From assembly GCA_977020255.1 (NCBI GenBank), contig CDROCS010001802.1, positions 124,001 to 188,000 of the forward strand: a stretch of DNA of 64,000 nt. Reading direction: 5' to 3'. This DNA is from Obrimoposthia wandeli. Its lineage: Eukaryota. The notes beneath the pieces were generated by a model. That model saw nothing but the letters and a program-made list of their open reading frames with translations. It had not been told where the DNA came from and ran no database searches. Of this stretch, positions 31,314 through 41,128 are shown piece after piece. Positions within the stretch are counted from its first letter, which is position 1; every line of letters begins with the position of its first letter. A program made the translations under genes and the position numbers.

Positions 31314-31928
31314 TTAAAGAATATTGGTTTCGACTTTAAAGGCTTCAATGGCATCTGTCGTATATTTTATATTTCTATCTGCAATTGCTTCTGATTTTTT
31401 GAACATCGCAGCTTTATTCTTATCATTCTCTTCCTTATTTCTTTCTTCTACATAGATCTTACCGTAATCAACAATAGAACCAATCTCCATTCCAAAAATA
31501 AGGAAATTAGTATCAGGAAGTTTATTTGACAATGAAAAATTAATATCAAATAAATAATAATAAAAAGGTGAATTTCTCAGCGCTTTTTCTAGAAAACGCC
31601 ATCCGATAATTTGTTTACTTTCAGCACGAACACTAATAGATGTACTTTCTGTATTTCCTTGAATTAAATAGTAGAAGTAATTTGGTGTTTTCTTATAAAT
31701 AAACTTTTTAACAATATTTTCAGATTTTTCTTTGTCAGTAAGATTTAGAGTTAATTTGTTAGCAAGTTCTTTATCGTTCTCTGTGAATGAGAATAATTCA
31801 GAAAATTCTAGTATTAATCGACTCTCTTCTTTCAATTGGGATTCTTTAACGCCAATCATTTTATTAAAAGAAAAAAAACTTTTTCGTTCGAATCGCAGGA
31901 ATGTTTTGAAATGTTTGTTTATAATCAT
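31314..31928 (-). CDS. Hypothetical protein
   Basis: 204-aa ORF. Confidence 0.65.
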   Translation of the reverse strand: MIINKHFKTFLRFERKSFFSFNKMIGVKESQLKEESRLILEFSELFSFTENDKELANKLTLNLTDKEKSENIVKKFIYKKTPNYFYYLIQGNTESTSISVRAESKQIIGWRFLEKALRNSPFYYYLFDINFSLSNKLPDTNFLIFGMEIGSIVDYGKIYVEERNKEENDKNKAAMFKKSEAIADRNIKYTTDAIEAFKVETNIL

Positions 31929-32046
31929 AATTAAGCCTTTTTTTTAGTTAATATATTATAACAAAATTGAAGATTTTTTTCAATAACAATTGATAAAAAA
32001 CCTGATTTGGTATATAATTAGTTATTATTTTAAATTAAGGAATACT

Positions 32047-32868
32047 ATGTTCAGTTATCTTTCGGGTTTCGTTTCGGAATTAGATTTAGACCAAAATGCG
32101 GATGTCTATGTTTATCTATTATTCCCACAACGATATGCACAACACTTAAAACGAGACTTATTCAGAGGCTTTATGGATTTAAATAAAGATCCTCGAAGTA
32201 ATCATTTATCATCAGTGACACAATCGGGTTATGGTTCTATACACGATGAATATATCCCATTTGCTTTACCTTTTAAAGCGAGTTATGTAAGAGATACAGG
32301 TGTTTATCTTGACGGTGAAAAATGTCCTGTCATCGAATGGTTAGAAACTAATTTTAAGATTGATATGAATGATTTTTTAAACAATCTTTCAGAAAGAAGA
32401 CTGCCAAATGAACCAAGTGAAATTGGTTATGATAATATTATGGATTATGTTACCGTTGCTTTTGAACATCAAGATTTCGTTAATTGTATTCATAATGAAG
32501 TAATTGATGATGATGACTTTATGAGAGGTGTCGAATACACTCACGAATTCTACTCATTCTATAAGTTATCCTTGACCCAAGAATTAATGATTGGCAAAGA
32601 TCTTACATTACTATCAAGTACAAAAACAAAATATGAAATGGTAATGAATGGTGAAGAATATGAAAAAGACTTCAACTCTAATCAGGAACTATTTATTGAA
32701 TCAGCTTTAGTATTCGCTTCTCTTCGATTTTTCATGGTTAATTTAAACAAGATATTCAAACCTTGTAGTAGAGGTGGTCAGCGTTGTTCAAGAAAATATG
32801 ACAATCTACTTAACAGAGCAAGAACAGAAACAAATGAATTGTTATATAAGGGATATGAAGATGAGTAA
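32047..32868 (+). CDS. Hypothetical protein
   Basis: Start re-set to ATG 32047 (TAAGG RBS); the ORF track starts at 31990. Confidence 0.7.
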   Translation: MFSYLSGFVSELDLDQNADVYVYLLFPQRYAQHLKRDLFRGFMDLNKDPRSNHLSSVTQSGYGSIHDEYIPFALPFKASYVRDTGVYLDGEKCPVIEWLETNFKIDMNDFLNNLSERRLPNEPSEIGYDNIMDYVTVAFEHQDFVNCIHNEVIDDDDFMRGVEYTHEFYSFYKLSLTQELMIGKDLTLLSSTKTKYEMVMNGEEYEKDFNSNQELFIESALVFASLRFFMVNLNKIFKPCSRGGQRCSRKYDNLLNRARTETNELLYKGYEDE

Positions 32869-33214
32869 TTTAGATGAAATTAAAACAAAAAAACAGATTG
32901 CAGTTGTTCTTGCAGAAATGGTTAATGAATACTGCGGGGAATTAGCGCCAGCAGATTCGGCAAAAATCACAAAAAAAATGATCGACAAAGAAGAAATGAA
33001 ACGTATACGCAGTAGTCTTTTAAATATGTTTGGTGATAATGATTTTAAATCTGACTATTATCTTAATTTTGCAGATAAAGAAATAAAATTGCCTTATAGC
33101 GGAAGTTTTATCAATATTTATAAATGTTTTCTTTTAAACGAATTTCAAATGAATGCGGTAGATTTTAATCAGCTCAGAAGTTTAAAATCGGCAATAATTC
33201 AATTCAAAGAATAA
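32861..33214 (+). CDS. Hypothetical protein
   Basis: ATG 32861 overlaps the end of the upstream gene; followed by a terminator. Confidence 0.65.
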   Translation: MSNLDEIKTKKQIAVVLAEMVNEYCGELAPADSAKITKKMIDKEEMKRIRSSLLNMFGDNDFKSDYYLNFADKEIKLPYSGSFINIYKCFLLNEFQMNAVDFNQLRSLKSAIIQFKE

Positions 33215-33223
33215 TCAGAAAAT

Positions 33224-33250
33224 AAAAAAGAGCTACTAAGCTCTTTTTTT
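33224..33250. terminator. Bidirectional intrinsic terminator
   Basis: aaaaaagagct-acta-agctcttttttt. Confidence 0.85.
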
Positions 33251-33268
33251 GTTTTAAAAATTGATTAA

Positions 33269-33358
33269 TTAAATATAAATGGAAAGCATTCCAACACCAA
33301 ATAAAACAACCATAAGGGTAACAATAGAAAACGTAACAGCTTGAACCTTCTTAGTCAT
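33269..33358 (-). CDS. 29-aa hydrophobic micropeptide MTKKVQAVTFSIVTLMVVLFGVGMLSIYI
   Basis: Below the ORF-track cutoff; TAAGGA RBS overlapping the upstream stop; single TM with a basic N-terminus. Confidence 0.55.
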   Translation of the reverse strand: MTKKVQAVTFSIVTLMVVLFGVGMLSIYI

Positions 33359-33368
33359 TTTATTATCC

Positions 33369-33746
33369 TTATTTCATCTTTTTAATGCAGTAATCGTAGA
33401 CATAAACTTGGAATGCAATAATAGCGTTCTTTTTATTAGATTCGCCTTCTACAACCTCTTTACCATATGCTTTATTAATAACGTCAGCCATAATAACTTG
33501 GCTTTTTTCGAAAATATCTTTCTCACGAAGAGTAAGTTGGTCACTTGGTTTTTCTTTTACCATTGTTAGTAAAAACTCAGATGTAATATCTGGTTTGAAT
33601 TGTCTAAGTTGCATTATCATGCTACCTAACCCACTAATACTATCACAAGCTTTATCTTCTTTTGTAATATCTTGAGCAGCAAATGTATTTGCTGATAATA
33701 GGCTAAACCCTAATACAATAGCAGGTATTAATTTTTTTACGTTCAT
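33369..33746 (-). CDS. Secreted hypothetical protein
   Basis: Signal peptide MNVKKLIPAIVLGFSLLSANTFA. Confidence 0.75.
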   Translation of the reverse strand: MNVKKLIPAIVLGFSLLSANTFAAQDITKEDKACDSISGLGSMIMQLRQFKPDITSEFLLTMVKEKPSDQLTLREKDIFEKSQVIMADVINKAYGKEVVEGESNKKNAIIAFQVYVYDYCIKKMK

Positions 33747-33762
33747 TCTTAAATCCTTTTTT

Positions 33763-34143
33763 TTATTTGTTTAAAACGATAACTTTAAATTTTCTTACAA
33801 TAAAATCATTTGGCGCTTTTAAATCTGTTTCCGTTTCCGTTGAAAACCTAAAAGTTGTTTTAATGTCAACTTCTGGAGCTTTACCAAAAATATTGTACTC
33901 ATCCATTTCTAAAGAAATGCCGTCATCCTTTTCTATAATTACAGTTTTATATTCAAAGCCATCTCTATAAGGGAGTGATGCAGGTATTCCTATATAGAAA
34001 CCAAATGAATCACCTTCTTCAATAGTGTAAACTTTTTCGAGATCTAAATGGTTCATTCCGTTCCCATTAACATCAGGAGATGTCGCCAGAGAATTTAAAC
34101 TAGTACCAAGTAGAGCTAACGCTATAATTTTTTTCATATTCAT
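33763..34143 (-). CDS. Secreted hypothetical protein
   Basis: Signal peptide MKKIIALALLGTSLNSLA. Confidence 0.75.
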   Translation of the reverse strand: MNMKKIIALALLGTSLNSLATSPDVNGNGMNHLDLEKVYTIEEGDSFGFYIGIPASLPYRDGFEYKTVIIEKDDGISLEMDEYNIFGKAPEVDIKTTFRFSTETETDLKAPNDFIVRKFKVIVLNK

Positions 34144-34332
34144 TTTAAAATATCCTTTTACTAATATTAATAATATATAATATTTTGATATTAAATCAAA
34201 AAAAACATTTTCAATAAAAGAATGAACAAAAATGAATAAATATAAAACACTGTATTTATGGGATAAATATTGATTTTTTAATAATAGAATTGAGTAAATT
34301 ATGGGGAACTAAACGCCAATATAATTTTTTTT

Positions 34333-35328
34333 TTAATGATTTTCCCTTATACATCTAGAATATTCGTTACTATCCACCATTATAATTCCGCAGCCACCTT
34401 TTCTACTTTCTCTTAAAACGCTAGTCAAAATACAACCGAGTTTAGTATCTTCAATGAATGAATTAAGAACGAAGCCTTTGACATAACAGACTGTTTGACA
34501 CTGATTTAAAGCCCTAATCCCAATTAGATTATTTAAATGAGATTCGTGAAAGATATAATATGATGAAATAAACTCAAATATCTCCAGCAAAAGAAATAAA
34601 AAATAATTATCTTCGGGATTAAAATGCTCATCTTTAATACTCAGAATAATATTTTTTAATTCAGGTTGATGAGATGAGTATCTACCATTTCTTATTAGTT
34701 TTTCTGATATAAGAATCGCATGCTCTTTTGAATATTTTTTTAACGTTTTAGATGTTATTTTTACGTGTTTTATAGTTTCTTCATTATTTTTTAAATATAA
34801 TTCAAGATTCTTTGTAAAATCGTCATATTCTTTTTCTTTATTAAACATATAATTAATATTATAACACCCGCCATATTTTAGATTAAATATGTCATAAGAT
34901 TTATGAACAGCATTGTTGATTTTATAAATATCATTTATTTTTTCGATTATATGATCTAGATGAATTTCTTCTTTGCCATCAATAAATTCACCTAATGTTG
35001 TAGCACCTCTAAGAAGTGGTAATCCATATCCTTCTAGTAGCTCAACAGAAAACTCTTTTCTTCTTGGTGAAAGTTGTCTCTGATTAATTTCATATGTCTG
35101 TGCAAGTTCGTAATCGACACAAACTTTAATATTAAAACATTTGTAACAAAGACCTTCACTTTCATATTTTTTTAATGATTCGAGTTCACTTTCTTTAAAA
35201 CTGGTACTTGCACATTGCTTACAAAATTGAGTTTGTTTTATATAATAAAAACGTTTCGAATATTTTTCATTATTTGAAAAGTTTCGTAATAATTTTATAA
35301 TAAAATTAGAGGCAGTGTGGGACATCAT
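34333..35328 (-). CDS. Hypothetical protein with an N-terminal CxxC...CxxC Zn-ribbon-like motif
   Basis: FCKQCAS...LCYKCF. Confidence 0.65.
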   Translation of the reverse strand: MMSHTASNFIIKLLRNFSNNEKYSKRFYYIKQTQFCKQCASTSFKESELESLKKYESEGLCYKCFNIKVCVDYELAQTYEINQRQLSPRRKEFSVELLEGYGLPLLRGATTLGEFIDGKEEIHLDHIIEKINDIYKINNAVHKSYDIFNLKYGGCYNINYMFNKEKEYDDFTKNLELYLKNNEETIKHVKITSKTLKKYSKEHAILISEKLIRNGRYSSHQPELKNIILSIKDEHFNPEDNYFLFLLLEIFEFISSYYIFHESHLNNLIGIRALNQCQTVCYVKGFVLNSFIEDTKLGCILTSVLRESRKGGCGIIMVDSNEYSRCIRENH

Positions 35329-35388
35329 ATTTCCTTGTAGTTGTTTCGTTTAACACTACCACAAGAAAGTATAATTTACAAGTTGAAA

Positions 35389-35640
35389 TTAATGATTGAG
35401 ATCTATAGAAATTATCGAGTTCTCGGTAAGAGATACCGTTTTTTCAGGTTCTTCGGGGATTAGTTTTTTTTCTAAAATTGCGGAGATTACTCGACTATTG
35501 TATTTATTTGTCGAAACAGAGTGTCCAACAGTTCTATAACCTCTTTTATAAAGTCTTTGTAATTTTCGATTAAAGGTATCTTCATTACTTTCATTTAAAT
35601 ATTCAACGTCAAATTCATCAGACATAATTAGATCATCCAC
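35389..35640 (-). CDS. Hypothetical protein
   Basis: 83-aa ORF overlapping the upstream stop. Confidence 0.6.
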   Translation of the reverse strand: MDDLIMSDEFDVEYLNESNEDTFNRKLQRLYKRGYRTVGHSVSTNKYNSRVISAILEKKLIPEEPEKTVSLTENSIISIDLNH

Positions 35641-36095
35641 TCTAATTTAGTATATTTTTCTTTGTTAAGGTAATAATCACCATTACGTTTTGCTTTATCA
35701 ATTTTACGTTTAATGGCTTCTGATACTTTCCATTGTGATGGATCACCGAATACATATGAAAATGCATACGACATATCATCATTGGTAGCAGAGTTGGCAA
35801 TGGATATCCAATCATAATCTTCTTTTTCAGAATCTTTTAAATGGTCAAAAACATCTTTAACAAAAGTATAATTGATATCAGAGTCGTCATTTGTCTGGAC
35901 GGCAAGTTTATCACCAACAATTAAAGGATTCTCAAGTGTTACAACATCAAAATCATCTTCATTATGGGCAAACTTTGAAAGTCGCTTCGCAAGATCAGTT
36001 AATTGTTTTGTATTACGTGATACAATAAGCACTTTTGTAATAGAACAAGAATGCTGATCTTCTGCGTTATATTTTAAGACTGATATCTTTGACAT
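35628..36095 (-). CDS. Hypothetical protein
   Basis: 155-aa ORF. Confidence 0.65.
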   Translation of the reverse strand: MSKISVLKYNAEDQHSCSITKVLIVSRNTKQLTDLAKRLSKFAHNEDDFDVVTLENPLIVGDKLAVQTNDDSDINYTFVKDVFDHLKDSEKEDYDWISIANSATNDDMSYAFSYVFGDPSQWKVSEAIKRKIDKAKRNGDYYLNKEKYTKLEWMI

Positions 36096-36158
36096 AATGT
36101 TCTCTAGTTGTTGGTTTATTTGATTATTATACTACAAGAAGAATAATAAAACAACAAT

Positions 36159-36476
36159 TTATTGTTTTATATTTTCGAAATTAGTCATTAAATATGGTAT
36201 TCCTTTTTCTCTCCAAAAGGTAGTAGAAATAACCCCAGAGGACATTCCTTTTGAATGATCATTACTTTCATATTCTTTTTTAAAAACGTTCCCTTCTTTT
36301 GATAATGGTTGACCTAATAACGTTTCATATCCATCTTCTAGTAATAGTAAAAGCGCTTCTGAATTTTCAGGTAATTCAATATCATTAAAATAATCTTTTA
36401 ATGCAAACCAAAATGTTGGATCACCACGTAGTCCCCAAGTACCGGGTTTGTTTTCAAATATAACAGATGTCTTCAT
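36159..36476 (-). CDS. Conserved hypothetical protein (WGLRGDP motif)
   Basis: PGTWGLRGDPTFW and GMSSGVISTTFW blocks. Confidence 0.75.
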   Translation of the reverse strand: MKTSVIFENKPGTWGLRGDPTFWFALKDYFNDIELPENSEALLLLLEDGYETLLGQPLSKEGNVFKKEYESNDHSKGMSSGVISTTFWREKGIPYLMTNFENIKQ

Positions 36477-36586
36477 TTTTAGCTCCTATAAGTATTTTAA
36501 AATCATAACATAAATAATCTTATAATACCGAATTATTTACATTTTAAAAGAAAAAAATAGTTATTAATTTGTAAAATACGACCTAA

Positions 36587-37429
36587 TTAAGAATTAAATA
36601 ATTTAATCCATATATTTTTTATAATATTTTTATCTATAAAAAGGTCTATATGATCACCATCAGCCTCATAAATAATTACGTCATTATTTACATTCTTTTG
36701 CAATGCAATAGTTTGTTTAGGAGGGACTAAATCATCTTTTAAGCCAACAATAATATTTGTTTGACAAGAAATATTTAATATTGAAGGTAAACGATTATTT
36801 ATAAATACATTTTCCATCGCCCATAAATACCATCCCCCTGATAGATTTTGTGGGGAGTTTTTCCATTTTAAAAGTTTTTCGTTTTTACTTTTTTGATCTG
36901 TAGGATTTAATAAACTCCAACCTTTTAATAGCCAATCACCTTTTAAAACCCCTCCCCCACAAAAAACGATATATTGAAAGATACTTAAAGGCATCTTGTT
37001 TATATTTGATAAAGAAGACTCATAAGAGGTATCAATAGGAGATCCTGCTATAGTTATTCTCGAAAAAAGATTATGATTTGTTTGAGAGAGCGCAGTCAGC
37101 CAGCCACCTTGACTCAAACCTATAGCATGTACATTATTACTATTGATAAACTTTGTAGCTCTTATAACTTGATCTTGCAAATCATCAATCGTTTCCAAAG
37201 CTCTATTTATGTCGGGGTTTTTCCATTCAATAGAATAAACTCCCCCGTCAGTATTTTCAATCGCACATTCGACCAAGCTTTGTTTGCTATCAAAATCAAC
37301 AATCCAACTCTCTTGTCCAGATTGTGGTGGAACAAACATTGTTGTTTCAAAATCATTAGATTTTCGGAACTCTAATAATCGTATTGATGAATCTTCATAA
37401 ACTATTTTATTTTTTGTGAACCAAGTCAT
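36587..37429 (-). CDS. Alpha/beta hydrolase, PhaC/PhaZ-like
   Basis: VPPQSGQ, nucleophile elbow GLSQGGW, GLKDDLVP (Asp), GDHIDLF (His). Confidence 0.8.
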   Translation of the reverse strand: MTWFTKNKIVYEDSSIRLLEFRKSNDFETTMFVPPQSGQESWIVDFDSKQSLVECAIENTDGGVYSIEWKNPDINRALETIDDLQDQVIRATKFINSNNVHAIGLSQGGWLTALSQTNHNLFSRITIAGSPIDTSYESSLSNINKMPLSIFQYIVFCGGGVLKGDWLLKGWSLLNPTDQKSKNEKLLKWKNSPQNLSGGWYLWAMENVFINNRLPSILNISCQTNIIVGLKDDLVPPKQTIALQKNVNNDVIIYEADGDHIDLFIDKNIIKNIWIKLFNS

Positions 37430-37757
37430 TTTAATTACCTTTTTTGTTGATTTTTTCTATATGATAAACGTATAAATATAATAGACAAAATAAATTATAC
37501 CTTATAGAATATTGGCTATATACTACCCCATCAAATTAAGCAAGTCAATATTTTAGAGCTTTCGTTTCAATACCTTAAGACCATATAAATTTTATTAAAA
37601 AAAATATTAATCTTCTATGAGCCACTAAAAAAATATACAATTATATATGATTATAGCCTTTAACAAACTTATTTCATTAACGTGTCTAATTTGTTTACTT
37701 TTTTATTGATTTATGCTATAATAGCCTTAAAATAACCCAATATTAAGAGGTAATATA

Positions 37758-38102
37758 ATGAGTTTACATTTCGATATAATAAAAGATTTTTCACCTGTTT
37801 TTGGTGGAAAGACTCGTAATGATGGAAAATATAGTGCCGAGTCATTGAGAGAAGATTATCTAGTTCCTCTTTTAAAGAAACGAGAATCAGAACAAATTAT
37901 TATAATTAATTTGGGTGATGATATTGATGAATGTAATTATGCATCTAATTTTTTAAGAGAAGCTTTTGCAGGTTTAATTGAACACAATCATATTTCATAT
38001 AGCGACTTTGTTAAAAATATTAAATTCGTTTATGGCGATGAAGATTTTGATTTTTATGTAGAAAGAATCTATAAATATGCATCTGAATATAAAACATTAT
38101 AG
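37758..38102 (+). CDS. STAS-like DUF4325-type protein
   Basis: GGKTRNDGKYSAESLREDYL...YASNFLREAFAGL pattern. Confidence 0.7.
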   Translation: MSLHFDIIKDFSPVFGGKTRNDGKYSAESLREDYLVPLLKKRESEQIIIINLGDDIDECNYASNFLREAFAGLIEHNHISYSDFVKNIKFVYGDEDFDFYVERIYKYASEYKTL

Positions 38103-38182
38103 TATAAATAAAGAATGACTTTATACATTAAAAATGATAACATGTCTCTAATTAAATTAACGTAGAAATTAATATAGGACTT

Positions 38183-38923
38183 TTGATGAAAAAAATAATA
38201 TTTTACATGGCTTTACTGTTTGTGATTGCGATTGTCATTATAAGCAAGTTTAATAGTGGTGAAAATAAATCTACAAATTATGTAAATAATGCGTGTAGTA
38301 TGTTAAAAGAAAATCCTGACTGGTATCTTTCTCTTAAAAGTTCAGAAAAGAAATGGAAAACTCCAATTCATATACAGCTTGGTATGATTAGGCAGGAATC
38401 AGCTTTCAAACACGATGCGAAGCCGAAAAGAGAAAATAAATGGCACGAATTTGGTAGTAATTATCAATCAAGCGCAGTTGGATATTCTCAAGCTTTAAAT
38501 GGTACGTGGGATCACTATTTAAAAAATACCCAAAGTATATTAAAAGATCGCCAATCATTTAAAGATGCAACTGATTTTATCGGTTGGTATAACGATAAGA
38601 CCAATAAGAAAAATAAAATAGCATTTAATGATCCGAAGGGATTATATCTTAATTATCATGAGGGTTGGAGAGGATATAAGAAAAAAAGTTATGAAGAAAA
38701 ACATTTTTTAAAAAAAGCATCTTCAAATGTTATTAATTGGTCAAAGAAATATAAAGAACAATTAAAGGGTTGTAAATTAACAGGAGAACCAGATATTTAT
38801 TTTATGTTATCTGTTTATGCTGACCACCTTGTTGTTGGCTTAGGTTATTTGTGGGTTGCAATTGTATTTATAGCAGAATGTTTATTCTCTGTTGTTACTT
38901 TTATTTATCATTTACTTGTATAG
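38183..38923 (+). CDS. Lytic transglycosylase (SLT-like)
   Basis: N-terminal TM; MIRQESAF (catalytic Glu), SSAVGYSQAL, DFIGWY, YLNYHEG. Confidence 0.85.
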   Translation: MMKKIIFYMALLFVIAIVIISKFNSGENKSTNYVNNACSMLKENPDWYLSLKSSEKKWKTPIHIQLGMIRQESAFKHDAKPKRENKWHEFGSNYQSSAVGYSQALNGTWDHYLKNTQSILKDRQSFKDATDFIGWYNDKTNKKNKIAFNDPKGLYLNYHEGWRGYKKKSYEEKHFLKKASSNVINWSKKYKEQLKGCKLTGEPDIYFMLSVYADHLVVGLGYLWVAIVFIAECLFSVVTFIYHLLV

Positions 38924-38931
38924 GAGTTATA

Positions 38932-40071
38932 ATGTTTAAAACAATCTTAAACGCTAAAATAAAACATCTTGTTTTTAATAACTTATCAAGTTTTAATGTT
39001 AGATTCGTAGATGGTTATTCACCAGTTGTAAATAATAAAAAACGTTTGTTTGCTCATAGTGATTATAACGATATTAAACAATTTAAGACATCAATGAAAG
39101 GTGATGTCTTAAGTTTTAATTCAGGGATAATGATGAGTGACAATCAACTTGTTTTAAATATTGAAGGTATAGAAACAATTACTTTTAATGGCACATATGC
39201 AGATGTTTCAGATTGTTGTGATGAAACAAATAAATCTAAATATTTTGTAAATGGTTCTGCTGTAAATATTTTAAAAATTAATAGGGAAGTATTTAAAATA
39301 TCCTCGTGTTCTGGAAGTATTAAATTATTAAATGCTGTTATAAATGATTTTTATTTTGATTTAAAAAATGCTTCACTATCAATCAATGGATATTTTATAA
39401 ATAAGGTTTCTTCATATTTATCTGATGGTTCTAAGGTCTCGTTGAGGGAAGGTTTCATACATAAATTAGATGTTACTTTAAAAAACTCTAAATTAAAAAC
39501 AGATGATCAATCGGGAAAAGAAACTTTTGTTTATAACGCAAACATAAATCTTTGTTCAAAATCAAAAGTAGAACTTTCAGTGCTCTATTATGTAAATTAT
39601 CATTTAAACTCTGTTGGTGATATTATGGATATTAATGGCACGAAAAAAGAAATTATTCTAGATATTGAAGATAAAGGTAGTTTTAAAGGTAATTATTATG
39701 ATTATTTCGGGCTGATAGATATGGATTCCGAATCAAAATTTACTATTAATGAATGTTTTAGAACTTGTGATCTGGTGTATCCGACAAAATTAGCAGAACT
39801 AAGTGACTCTAAATCTATTACTTATGAATGTAATCAAGCGGAAAAAAGAAAAGAACAAAAGAAAATAACAGAATATTTGTTTTTCAAAGAAATACTGGGT
39901 AGCGAATATCCGACTGATCTAATAACCCCACAAAATAGAGATTGTTTTTTGGAAATATTAGAAAAATCTTTTAATGGAGAGATTGAACTTTCTGATGAAG
40001 AGGTTTATAATAGGGATAAACTTAATGTTCTATTTGGACGTAAATATACAAAAAGCGCTGTGATTTTTTAA
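38932..40071 (+). CDS. Paralog family A member 3
   Basis: Start re-set to ATG 38932 (AGGAG RBS); C-terminus ILGSEYPTDLITPQNR...NRDKLNVLFGRKYTKSAVIF. Confidence 0.7.
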   Translation: MFKTILNAKIKHLVFNNLSSFNVRFVDGYSPVVNNKKRLFAHSDYNDIKQFKTSMKGDVLSFNSGIMMSDNQLVLNIEGIETITFNGTYADVSDCCDETNKSKYFVNGSAVNILKINREVFKISSCSGSIKLLNAVINDFYFDLKNASLSINGYFINKVSSYLSDGSKVSLREGFIHKLDVTLKNSKLKTDDQSGKETFVYNANINLCSKSKVELSVLYYVNYHLNSVGDIMDINGTKKEIILDIEDKGSFKGNYYDYFGLIDMDSESKFTINECFRTCDLVYPTKLAELSDSKSITYECNQAEKRKEQKKITEYLFFKEILGSEYPTDLITPQNRDCFLEILEKSFNGEIELSDEEVYNRDKLNVLFGRKYTKSAVIF

Positions 40072-40090
40072 TAAAAGGGAAATAGATAAA

Positions 40091-40687
40091 ATGTTTTTAG
40101 ATAAAATTAAATTTGTTGAAGATTTTCGTTGTTACAAAAAAGATGAAGAAGTCGTATTCAATGATAATTTGACAATTATTTCAGGAGATAATGGGTCTGG
40201 AAAAAGTACCTTGCTGTCTTGTATTCGTAGTATGTATGAAGTTAAATGGACATTATCAGATGAACCTTCTGCAAAAAATAAAATTGAGATAGAGGGCGAC
40301 AAAGAAGGTTCTGTATTTTACTTGGATTTAAGTTCAGACCTTTATAAAAACTCTTCTGAATTAGATTTTGATAATATGTCACTTTATATGCAGTGTCAGC
40401 AGTCATCTAGTGGAGAGGGTGTTATTTTTCAATTAGTTAATTTACTAAAAGAAAAAATAAGTACAGCTAAAATGATTATTATTGATGAACCTGAACGTGG
40501 TTTAAGTATTAAAAATCAAATATTGATTTCAAGAGTGATCAATAAGTTTTCAACAGAAAATCCTGAAGTCCAATTCATTGTGACAACACATTCAGAAGCT
40601 ATTTTGTTAACAAAAAAAGAAATATGGTCAGCTAGTCATAAAAGTTATATTTCAAGCGATGCTTATATGTTATGGTTATATAAATAA
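40091..40687 (+). CDS. ABC/AAA_21-type ATPase
   Basis: Walker A GDNGSGKST, signature-like SSSGEG, Walker B IIIDEPE, H-loop TTHS. Confidence 0.9.
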   Translation: MFLDKIKFVEDFRCYKKDEEVVFNDNLTIISGDNGSGKSTLLSCIRSMYEVKWTLSDEPSAKNKIEIEGDKEGSVFYLDLSSDLYKNSSELDFDNMSLYMQCQQSSSGEGVIFQLVNLLKEKISTAKMIIIDEPERGLSIKNQILISRVINKFSTENPEVQFIVTTHSEAILLTKKEIWSASHKSYISSDAYMLWLYK

Positions 40688-40698
40688 AAGGAAAAAAA

Positions 40699-41034
40699 AT
40701 GAAAAATATATTTACAATTACGACTTTTCAAAAAGAAAAAAAAGTGGAAGGTTCTGATTTAACGCATAGAGACTCTAGAACAGTTGGTTATATGTATGAT
40801 AAACAAGAAGCAATTAGATTGGTTGAGTCGAATGCTTGCGATTTAAATGAAGCAGGTTATTATCCTTATGCCTTAGTGGAAGAAGTCCCAGAAGGAATCT
40901 ATGCAATGTCAAGGGATTTGCCATTTAAAGACCGTGTAACTTGGTTTAAATGGAATGAAAAAACAGAATCTTATGAGATCACGGATAAATGTCCAAAAGG
41001 ATATGAAAGATTGGTTAACTTATCATTGGGATAG
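40699..41034 (+). CDS. Conserved hypothetical protein (phage type)
   Basis: 111-aa ORF with AGGA RBS; RTVGY...NACDLNEAGYY. Confidence 0.7.
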   Translation: MKNIFTITTFQKEKKVEGSDLTHRDSRTVGYMYDKQEAIRLVESNACDLNEAGYYPYALVEEVPEGIYAMSRDLPFKDRVTWFKWNEKTESYEITDKCPKGYERLVNLSLG

Positions 41035-41128
41035 TTTATCAATATTAAACAAACTCATTGATATTTTAGTTGTCATTTGATATACTTAATTTAATATAAA
41101 TCAACTTTATAATGAATCGTAGGAATAA

